DNA of 60,759 nt from Octopus bimaculoides (Eukaryota): positions 155,103-215,861 of the forward strand of contig NC_068983.1 in NCBI RefSeq assembly GCF_001194135.2, in the 5' to 3' direction. Below are positions 38,862 to 51,491 of this stretch, in pieces. Position numbers and translations under genes: made by a program. A model generated the notes under the pieces. That model had not been told where the DNA came from. It worked only from the letters and a program-made list of their open reading frames with translations, and did not search any database. Within the stretch, counting starts at the first letter, position 1. The number at the start of each line of letters is the position of its first letter.

Positions 38862-39275
38862 GCTGTGTTGCTAAGAAGCTTGCTTCCCAATCATGAGACC
38901 ACAAGTTCAGTCCCATTGTACAGCAACTTGGGGAAGTGTTTTCTATAGCCTCAGGCTACCCAAAGTATTGTGAGTAAATTTAGTGGATGGAAACTAAAAG
39001 AAGCTCATCATGTATATGTGTGTGTGAGTGTGTGTGCCTGTCTTGACATCATGCGATGGTTGTAAGCAAGCATCCTGGTCATACAAGCAGTGTTGTTCAT
39101 TTCCATTCCTTCACGAAAGATATGTCTAGTCATGGGGAAATATTAGCTTGCTTGGAAGCAGGTGACGATTGGTGACAGGGAAGACATCCAGCTGCAGAAA
39201 AACTGACTCAACAAATTCCATCTGACTGACCCATGCAAGTATGGAGAAGTGGACATTTAATGATGATGATGATAA
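38862..39275 (+). mobile_element. Apparently full-length tRNA-type SINE (family 1) with RTE-derived 3' tail; another head at ~49500-49650
   Basis: A/B-box-like head (gctgtgttgctaagaag...gttcagtccc), body, internal (TG)n, then aggg/aagacatccagctg...ccatgcaagtatgg...gatgatgat tail. Confidence 0.75.
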
Positions 39276-40559
39276 TACCCCCCCCCCACACACACACACA
39301 CATGTATATAAGGAGTGTGTGTATGTGTGTTTCAAACTGCATCATCATCAATTAACAACCATTCAACCCATGCTGGCATGCGTTGAATGGTTTGAATCCA
39401 AAGGTTCAGAGGACTGAGACATGCTCCAATGTCTGTTTGGCCTGGTTTCTTCAACTGGATGCTCTTCCTAATAGCCACCACTTCACAGAGTGTACTAGGT
39501 GCTTCCTTTTGTGGCACCAGCACGAGTGAAGTCACCCATGTAGCTCACAAGACTAAGATCTCCATCAGACAAGTGTGATTACAGGGGAGAGAGAGAAAGA
39601 GAGAGAGGCAACTTTATGTGAGGTAATGAGAGGTTAAAGTATGATGGAAGGGTCTGGAACAGGTTTCTTGCTATAAAGGAGCTACAGGGCTGATCATATT
39701 ATAGAATAGTGGATGAGAGCAATCGGTGGGAAGCTGGAAAGGGGAGATAAAGATAGTGGGGACATTATGTCAGGGTGAGCCCTTAAGGAGAAAAGAAGAG
39801 GAAAAGTGGTGGGATAGAAGTAGCAAGGGTGAATGGAGAGAGTGAGAGATGGGTTAGGGTTAGAGGAACAAATACACTGAATGATGAACAAGAATTGAGG
39901 CAGAGAGGGTGGGGTGGGGTGGATCAATAATAAATGAATTGGATGTAAGATAAGGAAGTGTAAAAGATGACTAAAAATGATGACAAAGAAAATCAAGAGT
40001 AGATGACAGCTAAAGATTGGAAATTGATAGTATAGGAATGAGTGAAGTGAATGGTAGAGGATGATCAATGATACATATGTCTGACTGGCAGTAGGATGGT
40101 ACAGAAGACAGGACAAGGATGAAAGGTGGATGACACGCGAGTGGGTAGGCTGCAAGAATGTGGGTGGAGAGAAAGATGTGTATGGAAAGAGTGAGAGATG
40201 GTTGGTGATGTAAGCAAAATAGCAGGGAATGGTTAAATGGGGAGGAAAGAGAGACCATTCAGGCTATCCTAACATACAAACCATGTCAAATAACATCAAG
40301 CTACATCACAGACAACCCCTCTAAGGGGGGAGGCATAGTAACTCCAAATATGAATTGAAAGGTTGAAAGAAGCCAGCCTCTTTAGTCCTGCCGCACACAA
40401 CACTGTCCAGTACCTGTGGTATCATAAAATGTACCCAGTCCACAGTGTAAAGGAGTTGACGAGGAGAGGGATACATGGTCCCTTTTGTGGCTGGTTAACT
40501 CTTTTACTCTCTTTGATGACTAACAACCACAAAGAATGGTGAAACATTTTGGGACTAGT

Positions 40560-41198
40560 TTAACCCACGACAGTAACAACAAGAATGGAAACGATCATGG
40601 CATGGTGTGTACGGCATGGAACTTGCTATCACTGAAGCTGAAAAGAAAGAGGCATAAAAGTAGACTTATGAGAGGTTGTTGAATAAGAAAAATATCTTTC
40701 ACAAGTAGACACAAAGCCATGTAGGTTGACATCCAAACAAAATTAAGAATAAGATGGCCAAGAAAGCAGCTAGTCGATGAGATGGTCAAAATGTCTGTAG
40801 GATAAAATATCTCGCTCATCAAGTGATAGAAGGATGAAGGAGAGACATACTAGAGGAAGGCAATTGCAGAGGCATCAGATTGTTGGGCCAAGTTTTATGA
40901 AAGTTACAGAAAGACTTGTTGCATAATGAATGAGGAAGAGAATTAGCCTCAAAGCCAAATTTAGAAAAAATATCCCAGATATAGAATCAAAATCTGGAAA
41001 CAGGTGGCCTCACAATAAGCATAAGACAAAAGTTTTAGTCAGGAAAGACAGGGATGTGGCTGAGCTTGAATTGCTGAAAAGAAGGGGATACATTTGGTGC
41101 ATTCAGTGTAAACTATGGACACTCACAAGATATGTAGTACGGAGGTTTGATATTAAGAGAGGTAGCCTTACAACTTTTCTGCAACTTCTGAATTCTCT

Positions 41199-41233
<35 letters not shown>

Positions 41234-42885
41234 ACTTGCTTGTAAGAATAAATATACCCTCACGCCATCACTTGGGTGTCTCTACAGTTGTACATCTATA
41301 TATACTCTCACACTGACTGGATATCTCCTTAAACACCACCACCTGATCCTTGGGTATATTTCGTGACATTCACTTTGGACCCTCACTCTCTATTCCACAC
41401 AAACCTCATTTTTTTCTGAAAATATTCAAACAGACCAGTCTGGAAAAGAAGAATTTAGAAGCTTAAGGATCCTTTGAATAGTCAGAGATTTGGAGACATC
41501 CTAATTGAAGCACAGGAGGGGGAGGAGTTACAGACATGTAACAGAGGAAAACTGGAAGTTCCTTACTGAGTGCTATAGACCAGACTTAGGGTGATATGGT
41601 GGAGGGCTGTTAGAGAGAAGAAACAGGCCTGGAAGAATGGTAGTAGCAGAGAATTATATCAGGTTGCCAGAAGGGAAGCTGGATGCCCTTCCCTAAAGCC
41701 AACCACTCCAAGAGTGTAGAGAGTACCTTTTACACGTCATCAGCATGGGAACTTTTTACACGTCATCAGCATGGGAACTTTTTACACGTCACCAGCAATT
41801 CAGGTGTGCAAGCAAGGTCTGGAAACAAAGGGCCTTAGAGTTAATTTAGCAAAGACCAAAGTTCTTGTAAGTAGGAAAACAGACAAATCACTGATCCCTT
41901 CTGGGAGATGGCCCTGCTCGATATGTAGAAAAGGTGTTCATAGAAATTCCATGCAGTGGTATCACAGGAAGGTTAAAAGAGAAAGTAATCTCTGTGAGTA
42001 GCAAATGTGCACACTAAGAATGTACAGAAGAAAAGAATCTTTTGAATGTGCAAGGGGATCCTTAGAAGTAGTAAACAGTTTCTGTTACTAAGGTGACCAA
42101 GTTAGCAGTGAAGGAGGATGTTCTGAAAGTGTAGTGTCCAGAATAGTAACAGGCTGGGCAAAGTTGAGAGAGCTATTACCTTTGTTAGCAACAAAGGGAC
42201 TCTCCCTCTTAGAAAGGCAGATTGTATGATGCCTGTTTAGGAACAGCATGCTACATGGACTGTAACCACTGAGGACAAGCAAAGACTTGAAAGAAATGCC
42301 ATCAGCAAAATCTCTGCTGGATGGGTAATGTCAGTGTGCATGTATGACAGAGTGTAAGTGATTTAAGAGGAAAACTGTAAGAGGCATCAGATGTAGAGTG
42401 CAAGAGAGAAGACTGTAGTGGTATGGTCATGTGATGGACAAGGTCAGCTGCATCAAAAAGTGCCAATCTCTAATTGTGGAGGGAATATGTGGAAAGGGTA
42501 GACTCAAGAAGACGTGGGACAAAGTGGTAAGAAAGGACCTTCAGACACTGGGCATCACAGAGGAGATGACAAGGGACCGAGACTCCTGGTGGTTTGCTGT
42601 GCTTGAGAAGATATGTCAAGCTAAGTAAAACTGTGGCCATCCAGACATGCCTTCTACATCCTTCTCTCAACTGAGAGATCCTAGTCCTGCAGGCTCATGG
42701 GTGTTGGGGTCATGTAAAAGCAACCATGCTGGAGCCACATTAAAAGCACCCAGTCCACACTCCAGAAAAAAAAAGCTGGCTTTCATAAGGGTATCCAGCC
42801 ATAGGAACCATGTCAAAACAGACAACTGGAGTCCTGTCAAACTGTCCACCTTATGCCAGCAGGGAGAACAGACATTAAATGATGG
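40560..42885 (+). mobile_element. Fragmented RTE LINE pieces (40560-41160, 41440-41680, 41790-42885)
   Basis: Pre-RT linker remnants, KQGLETKGLRVNLAKTKVL..GRWPCSIC, WYGHVM...GKGRLKKTWDKVV and a 3' tail. Confidence 0.8.
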
Positions 42886-43280
42886 TAATGGATCTGAGAT
42901 GTTATTAAGATCAGGGAAACTATCCCCTAACACCACTACAAACCTCAGCATCATTTTACATCCCTTTTCCATGCTAGCATGGGTTCTCCTTACTAATCAG
43001 TCTATCGACAAAGAATCAATAAGATTTTCTAAAATACATGCAGTGATTCTTTCAGCACCATTGCTCTTCTCTGTTTCTCATGCCGTATATACATGTTGTG
43101 TTAAATAGAAAGACACTGGAATGTGTACAATATGTCTACAATGTAAAAATCATTAACATTGGATTATTCATGTATATCTGTTCTCTGCCGCTCACCACCT
43201 GGAACAAGTTACAAATTTATCTCACTTCAAAATGACAATCAATAAAGCTTTATGAATTAATGTCAACCTCCTGCTCTCAC

Positions 43281-43366
43281 CTCAGAGACCCATATTGTGT
43301 CTCTTTAGATTCATCACAAACGTGGCTCTCACTCATACAAGTTCAAAGATTTTTTTACTTCGGAAG
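43281..43366 (-). CDS. ICA1: Candidate alternative ICA1 start-codon exon (ATG at 43336-43334; MSESHVCDESKETQYGSL-R)
   Basis: Acceptor tttgatttcgtag, donor AG|gtgaga in phase 2, open frame from ATG to donor. No homology support recognised. Confidence 0.45.
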
Positions 43367-44051
43367 CTACGAAATCAAAATATTAAAATTTCAGCAACAA
43401 ATAACATTTCAACAATTTGAGTTTTGATGTGTTAATATTTGAAAACATTTTACTGAGTTTTAATTAATGAGGAACTCCATCTGAAACACACATTCACACA
43501 ATAACATTGGAAATAAGAGTTGATTGATGATTTTGGAACTAAACAATAAAATCTCTTGGGGACTGTTTGTCTTTTTTTTTTTTTGTTGAGAAATAGCTAG
43601 GCACAGGTAAAACTGCAATAGTCTGAATATAATATGGACTTCAAACAACTGTCTCTCTCAGTTGAACATTTATTGACTTAGCATAAACACACATGTCAGT
43701 TGTTTTATGATTTATTTCTTGGGATAGTTACTAACACACACACACACACACACATAATTATTGATTGACCGTTTCACATTTGACATCGTCATTACTCACA
43801 ACACGATTACCAATAAACTGTACTCCAAATACGAAGTCCTGTCACCCTTCCACACACACACACACACTAGCAGGATATAGTTTATATCAACAGGTATAAA
43901 CTATCGATTTCTAACAAAGGTAGGTAGTAGGCCGCAGAACATTATTGGAGATAGGAAATGTGACTGTGTGATGCTGATGCCTTTCTTAATCACATAAAAA
44001 TAAACTAATAACATAAAAAGCAGTCTAATTCTATCGGCAACACACATACAT

Positions 44052-44099
<48 letters not shown>

Positions 44100-45381
44100 A
44101 TACTCACACACGCACACCTGTCTGATCTTTTCCAATGACCAGCTGACACAAGCTGTCAATCCAAATGCTGACGTCACCAGCAGTATCGTATATAACCCAC
44201 TGAAACAAGTGGCAATAATAATAATAATAATAATGATTTCAAAGGCTGCTGAAAACTTGTGAATACCTAAGGTTACAGGTAGGAACCCGCAACCCACATA
44301 AATAGGTAATTGTAAAAATTTATCCATAAATCCTACCAGGAATAAAACCGAACCTGAGCCAAACCATAATAATAATAATAATAATAATTTCAAACCGACA
44401 CAAGATCACAGATTAAGCGGTTACATCAGTTCCAATACTTGACTGGTACTTTTATTTTATTTTACCAACCCCCAGAAGGATGGAAAGTAAAGTCGACTTC
44501 GGAAGGATTCGAACTCAAGACGTAATGGGTAGCAACTAAAACCCAAAAGCATTCTGTACACCGATCTGGTGTTGTGATAAGGATTATTATTACTTTAATA
44601 AAGGCGAAACGAGAGGTAGTGGCATTCATGTTTCTCACTGCTATTCGCTCTACGTGTCCTTGCAAGGATGCAGGGAGAGGTGGTCACTTTGGGACGGCTT
44701 CAGTTTTTGAACAAAGTATACTCATATGTACGACACTCAAGGTGAATAAGTGATGTTCATGCTTTGCTCAACACCATTTGTAAGTGAAATGATTGCAAAT
44801 TAAATCAGAAAGCACAGGAAGACACAAATATAGTTATATGTACAGACGTATTGTAGATTTATACACACTATATGTATATATACACACACACATTGTATAT
44901 TTATATACATACACACGTATTATACATTGTATATTTATATTTATATACACACACACTGCATATTCATAAATACACTTTCTATATTTATTTTTACAAATAC
45001 AGTTTTTATTTAATAATATATACATTACGTGTGTATATATATATACACACACACACACACACATTTATATATTGCATATATATATTACTTTGCGTATATA
45101 TATATATATATATATATATNNNNNNNNNNTATACACTGAGTTGCTGTGTGTGTGTCTACATAGATATTATAACACATCTTCTTGACTGAAATAAAAAGAG
45201 AGACATTTTTACTAAATATTTAAACCTAAAACAATCTCAGATTTATTTTCCACGGTTTTTTTTTAGATTTCAACACAACAACAACATCTTCCCCCTAACA
45301 TATTGATCAAGCCTGGCCCACCGATGATGATTAAAGGCGTCCAATTGTGACCATCTCGCCTGTTTAAAGAGTCCACTTTAC

Positions 45382-45422
45382 CTTTTGTGTGTATTTATTC
45401 TGGACGGGTGGAGGCTCGACAT
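45382..45422 (-). CDS. ICA1: Candidate alternative ICA1 first coding segment (MSSLHPSRINTHK-R)
   Basis: ATG at 45422-45420, open frame to donor AG|gtaaag in phase 2, next to the putative promoter. No homology support recognised. Confidence 0.4.
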
Positions 45423-45605
45423 AAACGTATCGTAGTTGTTGTGGCGTGCAAAAAGAGGTAATTACGAACATATGTAAGGGAGAGAGAGAGAGCTAGATAT
45501 AGATAGAAGAGAGATGTCAGTTGAATTGAAATTGTGTGGAGAAAGAAGAGAGGATTGTTTTGGTGTTTGTTGAAATATATGAAGAGAAAGACATGGACAG
45601 CTTAC

Positions 45606-45900
45606 CTAAATAGTGAGTAGAGAAAGTATTGAAGTAATCCACGGTGTCGTTTAATAATGTTTCAAGTGAAGTGAAGGCTCAAGCCAGACATTCTCTTCTG
45701 TCTCTCCACGCGTCTTCAATAAAGACGACACAAAATCATCAACTCCATCTTGAATACGGAATCAGCCGGAAACTCCCGAACACTTCCGACTCTTGTCGAC
45801 TATTTCTGACTGTCAACCTGTTTCATGTCCTTCTTTCAGAGCTTTGTTTTTCTTTTCAAACGTTGTCTTTATAATTTGAAATATTAATCTCTTATAACTC
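45606..45900 (-). promoter_or_regulatory. Putative ICA1 promoter / non-coding first exon
   Basis: CpG-enriched relative to its flanks. ETS-like ACTTCCG (45782-45788) and CCGGAAA (45766-45772), YY1-like CCATCTTG (45745-45752), and a strong minus-strand donor AG|gtaagc at 45606/45605. The upstream limit is approximate. Confidence 0.55.
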
Positions 45901-46120
45901 TCCCAATATAAAAATCCATTGGAGACGATATGATACTATTTGTAAAATGTTTATGTATTTCGCAAAGCTTTTAGTGATTTCATGTAATTGAATAATGACA
46001 ACCTAAAATTCTAACTTTGCTGCTTTGACATTTACAATTAATACAAACGGTTTCAGAGTTAATATTTTGCTTAGAATAAGTTTTCAAGTTCTGCAATCGT
46101 TTCCATAAAGGAATTATAAC

Positions 46121-46240
46121 CTGCTAATATGTGCAAAACGTCATTAGCAAACTGTTGATATGTGTAAAACGTCATTATCAGCCTGTTGATATTGTGTTGA
46201 ACGTCATTAGCAGCGTGTTAAAATGTGTAAAACGTCACAA
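46121..46240. repeat. 4 x ~31-bp degenerate tandem repeat, each unit containing AACGTCA (TGACGTT on minus strand)
   Basis: AACGTCA at 46137, 46168, 46200 and 46231 (spacing 31, 32, 31). Unit is approximately ctgttgatatgtgtaaaacgtcattagcag. Confidence 0.85.
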
Positions 46241-48109
46241 GCCATTACTTCTATCAGATTGTTTTAATTATCGTCTGTAATTAATGATTTTGTTTCCTGT
46301 TTATTGGTGTAATTCCAACTAACTGTTAGAATTGTCATAAAAAGGTCAATATGACTCCAAGCAACCGTAAAATTCTTTGAAACAAATTATCTTCATTTAC
46401 TTTGAAACTACAGCGTACCCCACAGATCCTGTACTCTGGATAGGGGAGATGCCACACTGCCCATTTACGTACATGTTGTTTGTACTGGGTGCAGCATTTC
46501 TGTAAGAGATGTAGTGTGACTACTTGATTATTTCCTGTAAGGTATTAGTGTGAAAAAAGTTAAGATGTGAGGGGTTGTTTGGTAGTTAGGGTGTGGTTGG
46601 GCTTTTAATAAAGTGTCATTGATAATTAAGAGGTTATGGCCACACAATAAAAGTAAATGTGTTTCCATTATATTAAACAGTGAATATATTATATATGTAC
46701 AAAATATATTTAGATCATACTAAAGAACATTTCTCTTAGGATGTACGTAATACTTAAAGATTTACAGTATAGAAAAAAAAGAAAATGTTTTAGTTACATC
46801 TGTTATGATCATCAACATCATCACCTTTTAACATCTGTTTTCCATACTGGCATGGATTGTGCAGTTTGACAGGAGCTGACAAACTAGAGGTTTGTGCCAA
46901 GCTCAGATGTCTGCTTTGGCAAGGTTTCTACAGCTGAATACCCTTCCTAATGCCAACCATTTTAAAGGACACACAAAATGGAGCACTGGCACCTGTGAGG
47001 TTGCCAAGTAACTTTCAGGAGAGGAGCAGAATGGAAGGAAGTGATTTTGTGCCGGATAATGAGAGGTGATAGCATGATAGAGGGTCTGGCATAGCAGAGA
47101 CGTGGAAACACTTGTTGGAAAAGGAAGAGGCTGGTGGTGAAGATGTGTCAGAAGAAACTGTCAAGTTACAGGGAGGTGAGTATAAGAGAAATGGTTCAGA
47201 GGAGAAGGAAGATTTGCAGAGTGTGAAGGAGAATGAAAGAATAGGGGGGGGGGAAGAGACATAGGTGGAGGCATATCAGTTGGTGGGGAAGGGGAGAGAA
47301 TGTGAGAGTGGGTGCAAAAAATATGCACAGTGCCAGGTACAAAGTGATGGGTATATCAGAGTAGAAATAGGGGGTGACAAACAGAGGTAATGGGAGGGGG
47401 TGCTATTGGCAAAATGAAGGCATGTACAAGGGAAAAGAGAGGTTCAGTAGAAAATAAGGTGGTAAAGTATGATACAAAGAATGTGTGACACAAAGGAAAT
47501 GGGTCCAAGGAGGGGTGAAATATATGCAGTTTCACTCTCATAATTACAGAAGCTGTTGATGCTAATTAACTGATAAACATTTACATAGATGTTCCATTTT
47601 GTCAAGGAGTAGCCATGCCTTTTATGTCAATATAATTAGGCTGTGGCCCTTTGCTGGAAATCTAAAGCAAGGTGGTTCAAATTGAGGCAGAGACTTGCTA
47701 CAAAGGTATGTTGTATAAGAACTGATGCAGAAGACAAGATATGTGAAGTACAGAGTTGTGGTGACAAAAAGTTTTATGAAAATTAAATCTTGATTTTAAT
47801 TCATCATCATCATCGTTTAACATCTGCTTTCCATGCTAGCATGGGTTGGATGATTTGATTGAGGACTGGTGAACCGGATGGCTACACCAAGCTCCAATCT
47901 GAACTGGCAGAGTTTCTACAGCTGGATGCCCTTCCTAATACCAACAAGCCCTTGACTTCTTGTATACATATCTGATTACATGTGGTATATATCTAATATA
48001 ATTGGTTAAGAAATTAACATGAAATTTTGATGGAAGGTTTTAATTTAGATCCCTTTAAAAACAGGAAATTTGCATCATTGTCTCAGAAGGGTTCACATAT
48101 CCTGTGAAG

Positions 48110-48790
48110 TTGGATAAAAGATACTTTAATAGCAAATCAGGTGACATGAATTTTTCTTACCAAAAATAAAATACTTTGAACAAATCATTGACAGAAATGG
48201 ACACTGACCAGATACGTCAAGGAATGACACAATTAAAAATATGCCCCCTCTAACAAATATTGCAGCCTTACAAGCTTTCTTGGAACTGGCAAATTATTAC
48301 CAAAATCATCTGCTAAAAACAGATATGAAAAGAATTGGTCAGAAAATTGTCAAAAGGCGTTTGACAAAATTTAAAAAAATATTTAAATCTGATTTGTCAT
48401 TAGCACACTTTGGATCCTGCAGTGGAAATTGTTGTAGCTTCAGATGCCTCTGAGTACAGTATAGGAGCAATAATGCTACATAAAGATAGTAACATGAAGA
48501 CGGTGGTTCATGCTTCCTGTTTTCTGATATCAGCAGAGAAGAGTTCCAGCCAAATGAAAATGATTATTTTGGCTGAAATAAAATTCCAGATTTTAACATG
48601 GTAGAAGTTTTCATCTCCAGAGTGATCATCATCTGTTATCAATCTATGGAATCCCCACCCATACTGCTAATAGGTTGTAATGCTGGGGTACGAGAGTATT
48701 AAGCTACAATTTCAACATGGAGTATATACCATCCAAGAAATCAGGTCAGGCGAAATGTCATCAATATTATTACCATATAAATATGCTTTG
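48110..48790 (+). mobile_element. Ty3/Gypsy LTR-retrotransposon pol fragment (RT thumb plus RNase H), decayed
   Basis: LQAFLELANYY, LAHFDPAVEIVVASDASEYSIGAIMLH, HASCFLISAEK, FHLQSDHHLL, L.Y.F.MEY motifs across frameshifts. No LTRs seen. Confidence 0.88.
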
Positions 48791-48996
48791 CTTGAATGAA
48801 GAATGTGTTGATAACATATGAATGCAATTTATACATTCCTGTACCAGCAAAGGCTTTTGAGATATTTCTTTTGCACCAAGTTCCAGATACTACACAGTGA
48901 TTAGCTTGTTATTAATGTGGAACCAATGATTATATCATTCCCTAATTGTGATAGTAAAAACAAAAATAATAAATACAACTTTAAGAGAAGAATGTG

Positions 48997-49002
48997 TTTA
49001 TT
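48997..49002 (-). promoter_or_regulatory. Candidate OLA1 polyadenylation signal (AATAAA)
   Basis: TTTATT on plus strand about 93 nt downstream of the OLA1 stop, in AT-rich UTR-like sequence. Confidence 0.5.
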
Positions 49003-49094
49003 AATAAATCTTAGATTGTGTTATCACAATTTCAGTTAAGGACACCACCATTTCTTTTTAGACTGTTAAAATCATTTTTACTTGATTGACAATT

Positions 49095-49202
49095 CTATTT
49101 CTTTTTGCCAGTCAAACCAGCTCCAGCATTAAACTTGAAGAATATTATATCACCATCTTCAACAATATAATCTCGTCCCTTTTGTTTGTATTTTCCAGCA
49201 GC
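49095..49202 (-). CDS. OLA1: OLA1 last coding exon (TGS domain end, stop TAG)
   Basis: Acceptor ctttttcttttttgaag. Translates [35 protein letters not shown], matching OLA1/Ych[26 protein letters not shown]. Not in the ORF track. Confidence 0.97.
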   Translation of the reverse strand, partial: AAGKYKQKGRDYIVEDGDIIFFKFNAGAGLTGKKK

Positions 49203-49879
49203 CTTCAAAAAAGAAAAAGACAGATTAATCAGAACAATATTGTAATAGTAAAAATATCAGTTAATGTTGAAGCTTACACATTGTAATAATAAAAGAGATT
49301 TTATTAAAAGGCCTTAAATAATTCAGTTGTACAAAAAAGTGGAAATAAATGAGAAATTTATGGAGAAAACAATCATTTTAAGAGAACAGAGTAATCCAGG
49401 TGTGGTTAGTAATCTATAGTTCACCTGAAAATACTATAAGTACAAATTGGAATTTCGATGATGAAACATCTGTTATATTGATTATAAGTACAGAAGACAG
49501 AGGCTTAGCTGTGTAATTAAGAAGTTTGTTTCCAAACCATGTGGTTTCCGGTTCAGTCACACTGCGTGGCACCTGTAGCAGTTGTCTTCAATAGGACTGA
49601 CCAAAACCTTGGGAGTGCATTTGATAGGAAGAAACTGAAGGAAGCTGTCATGTGTGTCTATGTATGTATATTTTATATATATCCCTATAAGTTTGTTGAA
49701 GGATATATCAGAGGTAATTCTGTAAATAACCACACACTACCAGACCCTAAAAAAACAATAAATGTAATAGGGACCAAAATAAAAAAAACGGAACCACTAC
49801 ACTAAGAAGGATAGATATCAAACAGAACCCACAAAGCAGCAGGCAAGGGTAGAAAGAAAGGAACCAATAAACATTGATA

Positions 49880-50800
49880 GAAATAGTAAACAAATAGAAA
49901 GAGATAAAATGGAACACTGTAACAAACTCAATAGATTTATTAAAAGAAATGCTAACATAATAAGTGATGAAATTATTTGGTTTAGCCCAATTTTCAATTC
50001 ACAAATGAAATCCAAAATAGGTGAGGAATTCTTCTCAGTGTTAGGTAGGCACTTCCCAAAACCTTCCAAATATAACACAATCATCAACAGGCATAATGTG
50101 AAATTAGCATATGCGACTTCTCACAATCTAGAATACTACATACACAAATTAAATGACACAAAACTCAACAGGATAAAACTAGAGGGGGCTTACAGAAAAG
50201 CCACAGTTAAAAACAAAATAAAGAACAATGGAATGGTTGCAAATAGGAATGATAAAAGCTCATCCATATTGGCAGTGCAATCCATACCTATGGAAAATCA
50301 GAACACTGTTGCAGGAGGAAGAACAAAGGTGAGCACCGATAATAACTCTACTGGGAAAAGATACTAAAACAGGTTACTGCAGAAGGAAAAATGAATGCAA
50401 GTTTAACAACTGCATGATAAAGAATGTGGTTTACAAATGTGAAGTGCAGACAGGTACACATAAATACATATACTACCAGAGACACCATGAAATATTGTCT
50501 GTGCAACCCTCTTATGTCATTTTCCAGAGTAAACAAAAGGCTCTCCACATCATTATCTAACCTCATCTGGAGGCTCAAACAGAATGAAGTGGAGCATATG
50601 ACCAACTGGTCTATAATACAGAATGCTACACCATGCAACAGAACACAACGGGTGTGAAACTTATGCCTAGAGGAAATATGCCTGGAGATCATCACATTCA
50701 GAGAAAACATAATAGACATTCCAAAGTAATTATATCATGTAAGCATTAAAACAAGGCATCATTTCTCGAATACAAAATGAACATTTTGAAACAGAAAAAC
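49880..50800 (+). mobile_element. Second Penelope-like family: linker plus GIY-YIG endonuclease pseudogene, in the last intron of OLA1
   Basis: IIWFSPIFN..KSKIGEEFF..LGRHFPK...INRHNVKLAY, then NVVYKCEV, IWRLKQ...NWSIIQNATPC...C.LCLEE, the typical PLE pattern. Confidence 0.82.
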
Positions 50801-51440
50801 ACTAGCTGTCATTAGCATCTAATGGAACAAGAGAAGAACATATAAACCAACTAAACAAAATCATTTACCTCTGTTGTATGCTATATCATTGTATAACTAA
50901 AAGTAATTAAAAGGACACTTTAAGAGAACATTGTTTGTCAACTCAGACAATGAACGTTAACAACAGAAACGTTGGACTTCCTGACTCAACTACATCTGAA
51001 TTCATTGAGGAGGTACCTGCTGTGGAGAAGCTCAAGCCAATGAACTATACTACCCATCCTAACATCTGCATACACAAACATCAAAACAAGTCTGACATCA
51101 CCACACACTCATCCCTCTCCTTTATCACTCTTCATCACCTTCTACACCTCCCCACCAATTACACACAGAACTGCCCACATACCCCAATCAACCTTTTCAT
51201 TGGTGAAAATTGATAAACAATCTTCAGCTATACATTCATTGCTTCCAAAGTTAATGTCATACCACCTGAGGAAATGAACACATGAACTATGATCCACTCT
51301 ATGTCCATGGATACTATGGACTGTACTGTAATCATCCCAGGAATATGGACTATGATCATAAGAAACATGTGATCTGTGGAAACATGTGTAGTGATGCATT
51401 AAAATATTTATAAATTCTACCCATGGATTACCATTATTAT

Positions 51441-51491
<51 letters not shown>

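Noticed and set aside
43196-43198. Possible 3-nt microexon (ttgttccag|GTG|gtgagc) on the ICA1 strand
   Set aside because: No upstream UGC microexon enhancer, and such a pattern arises easily by chance.
46432-46453. ctggataggggagatgcca resembling the U1 snRNA 5' region
   Set aside because: The similarity does not extend; there is no ATACTTACC 5' end, stem-loops or Sm site.
46449-46505. Plus-strand ORF MPHCPFTYMLFVLGAAFL resembling a signal peptide with a GTAAG donor
   Set aside because: No downstream plus-strand exon could be found, and the unspliced frame stops at once. Kept only as part of the ambiguous 46401-46501 finding.
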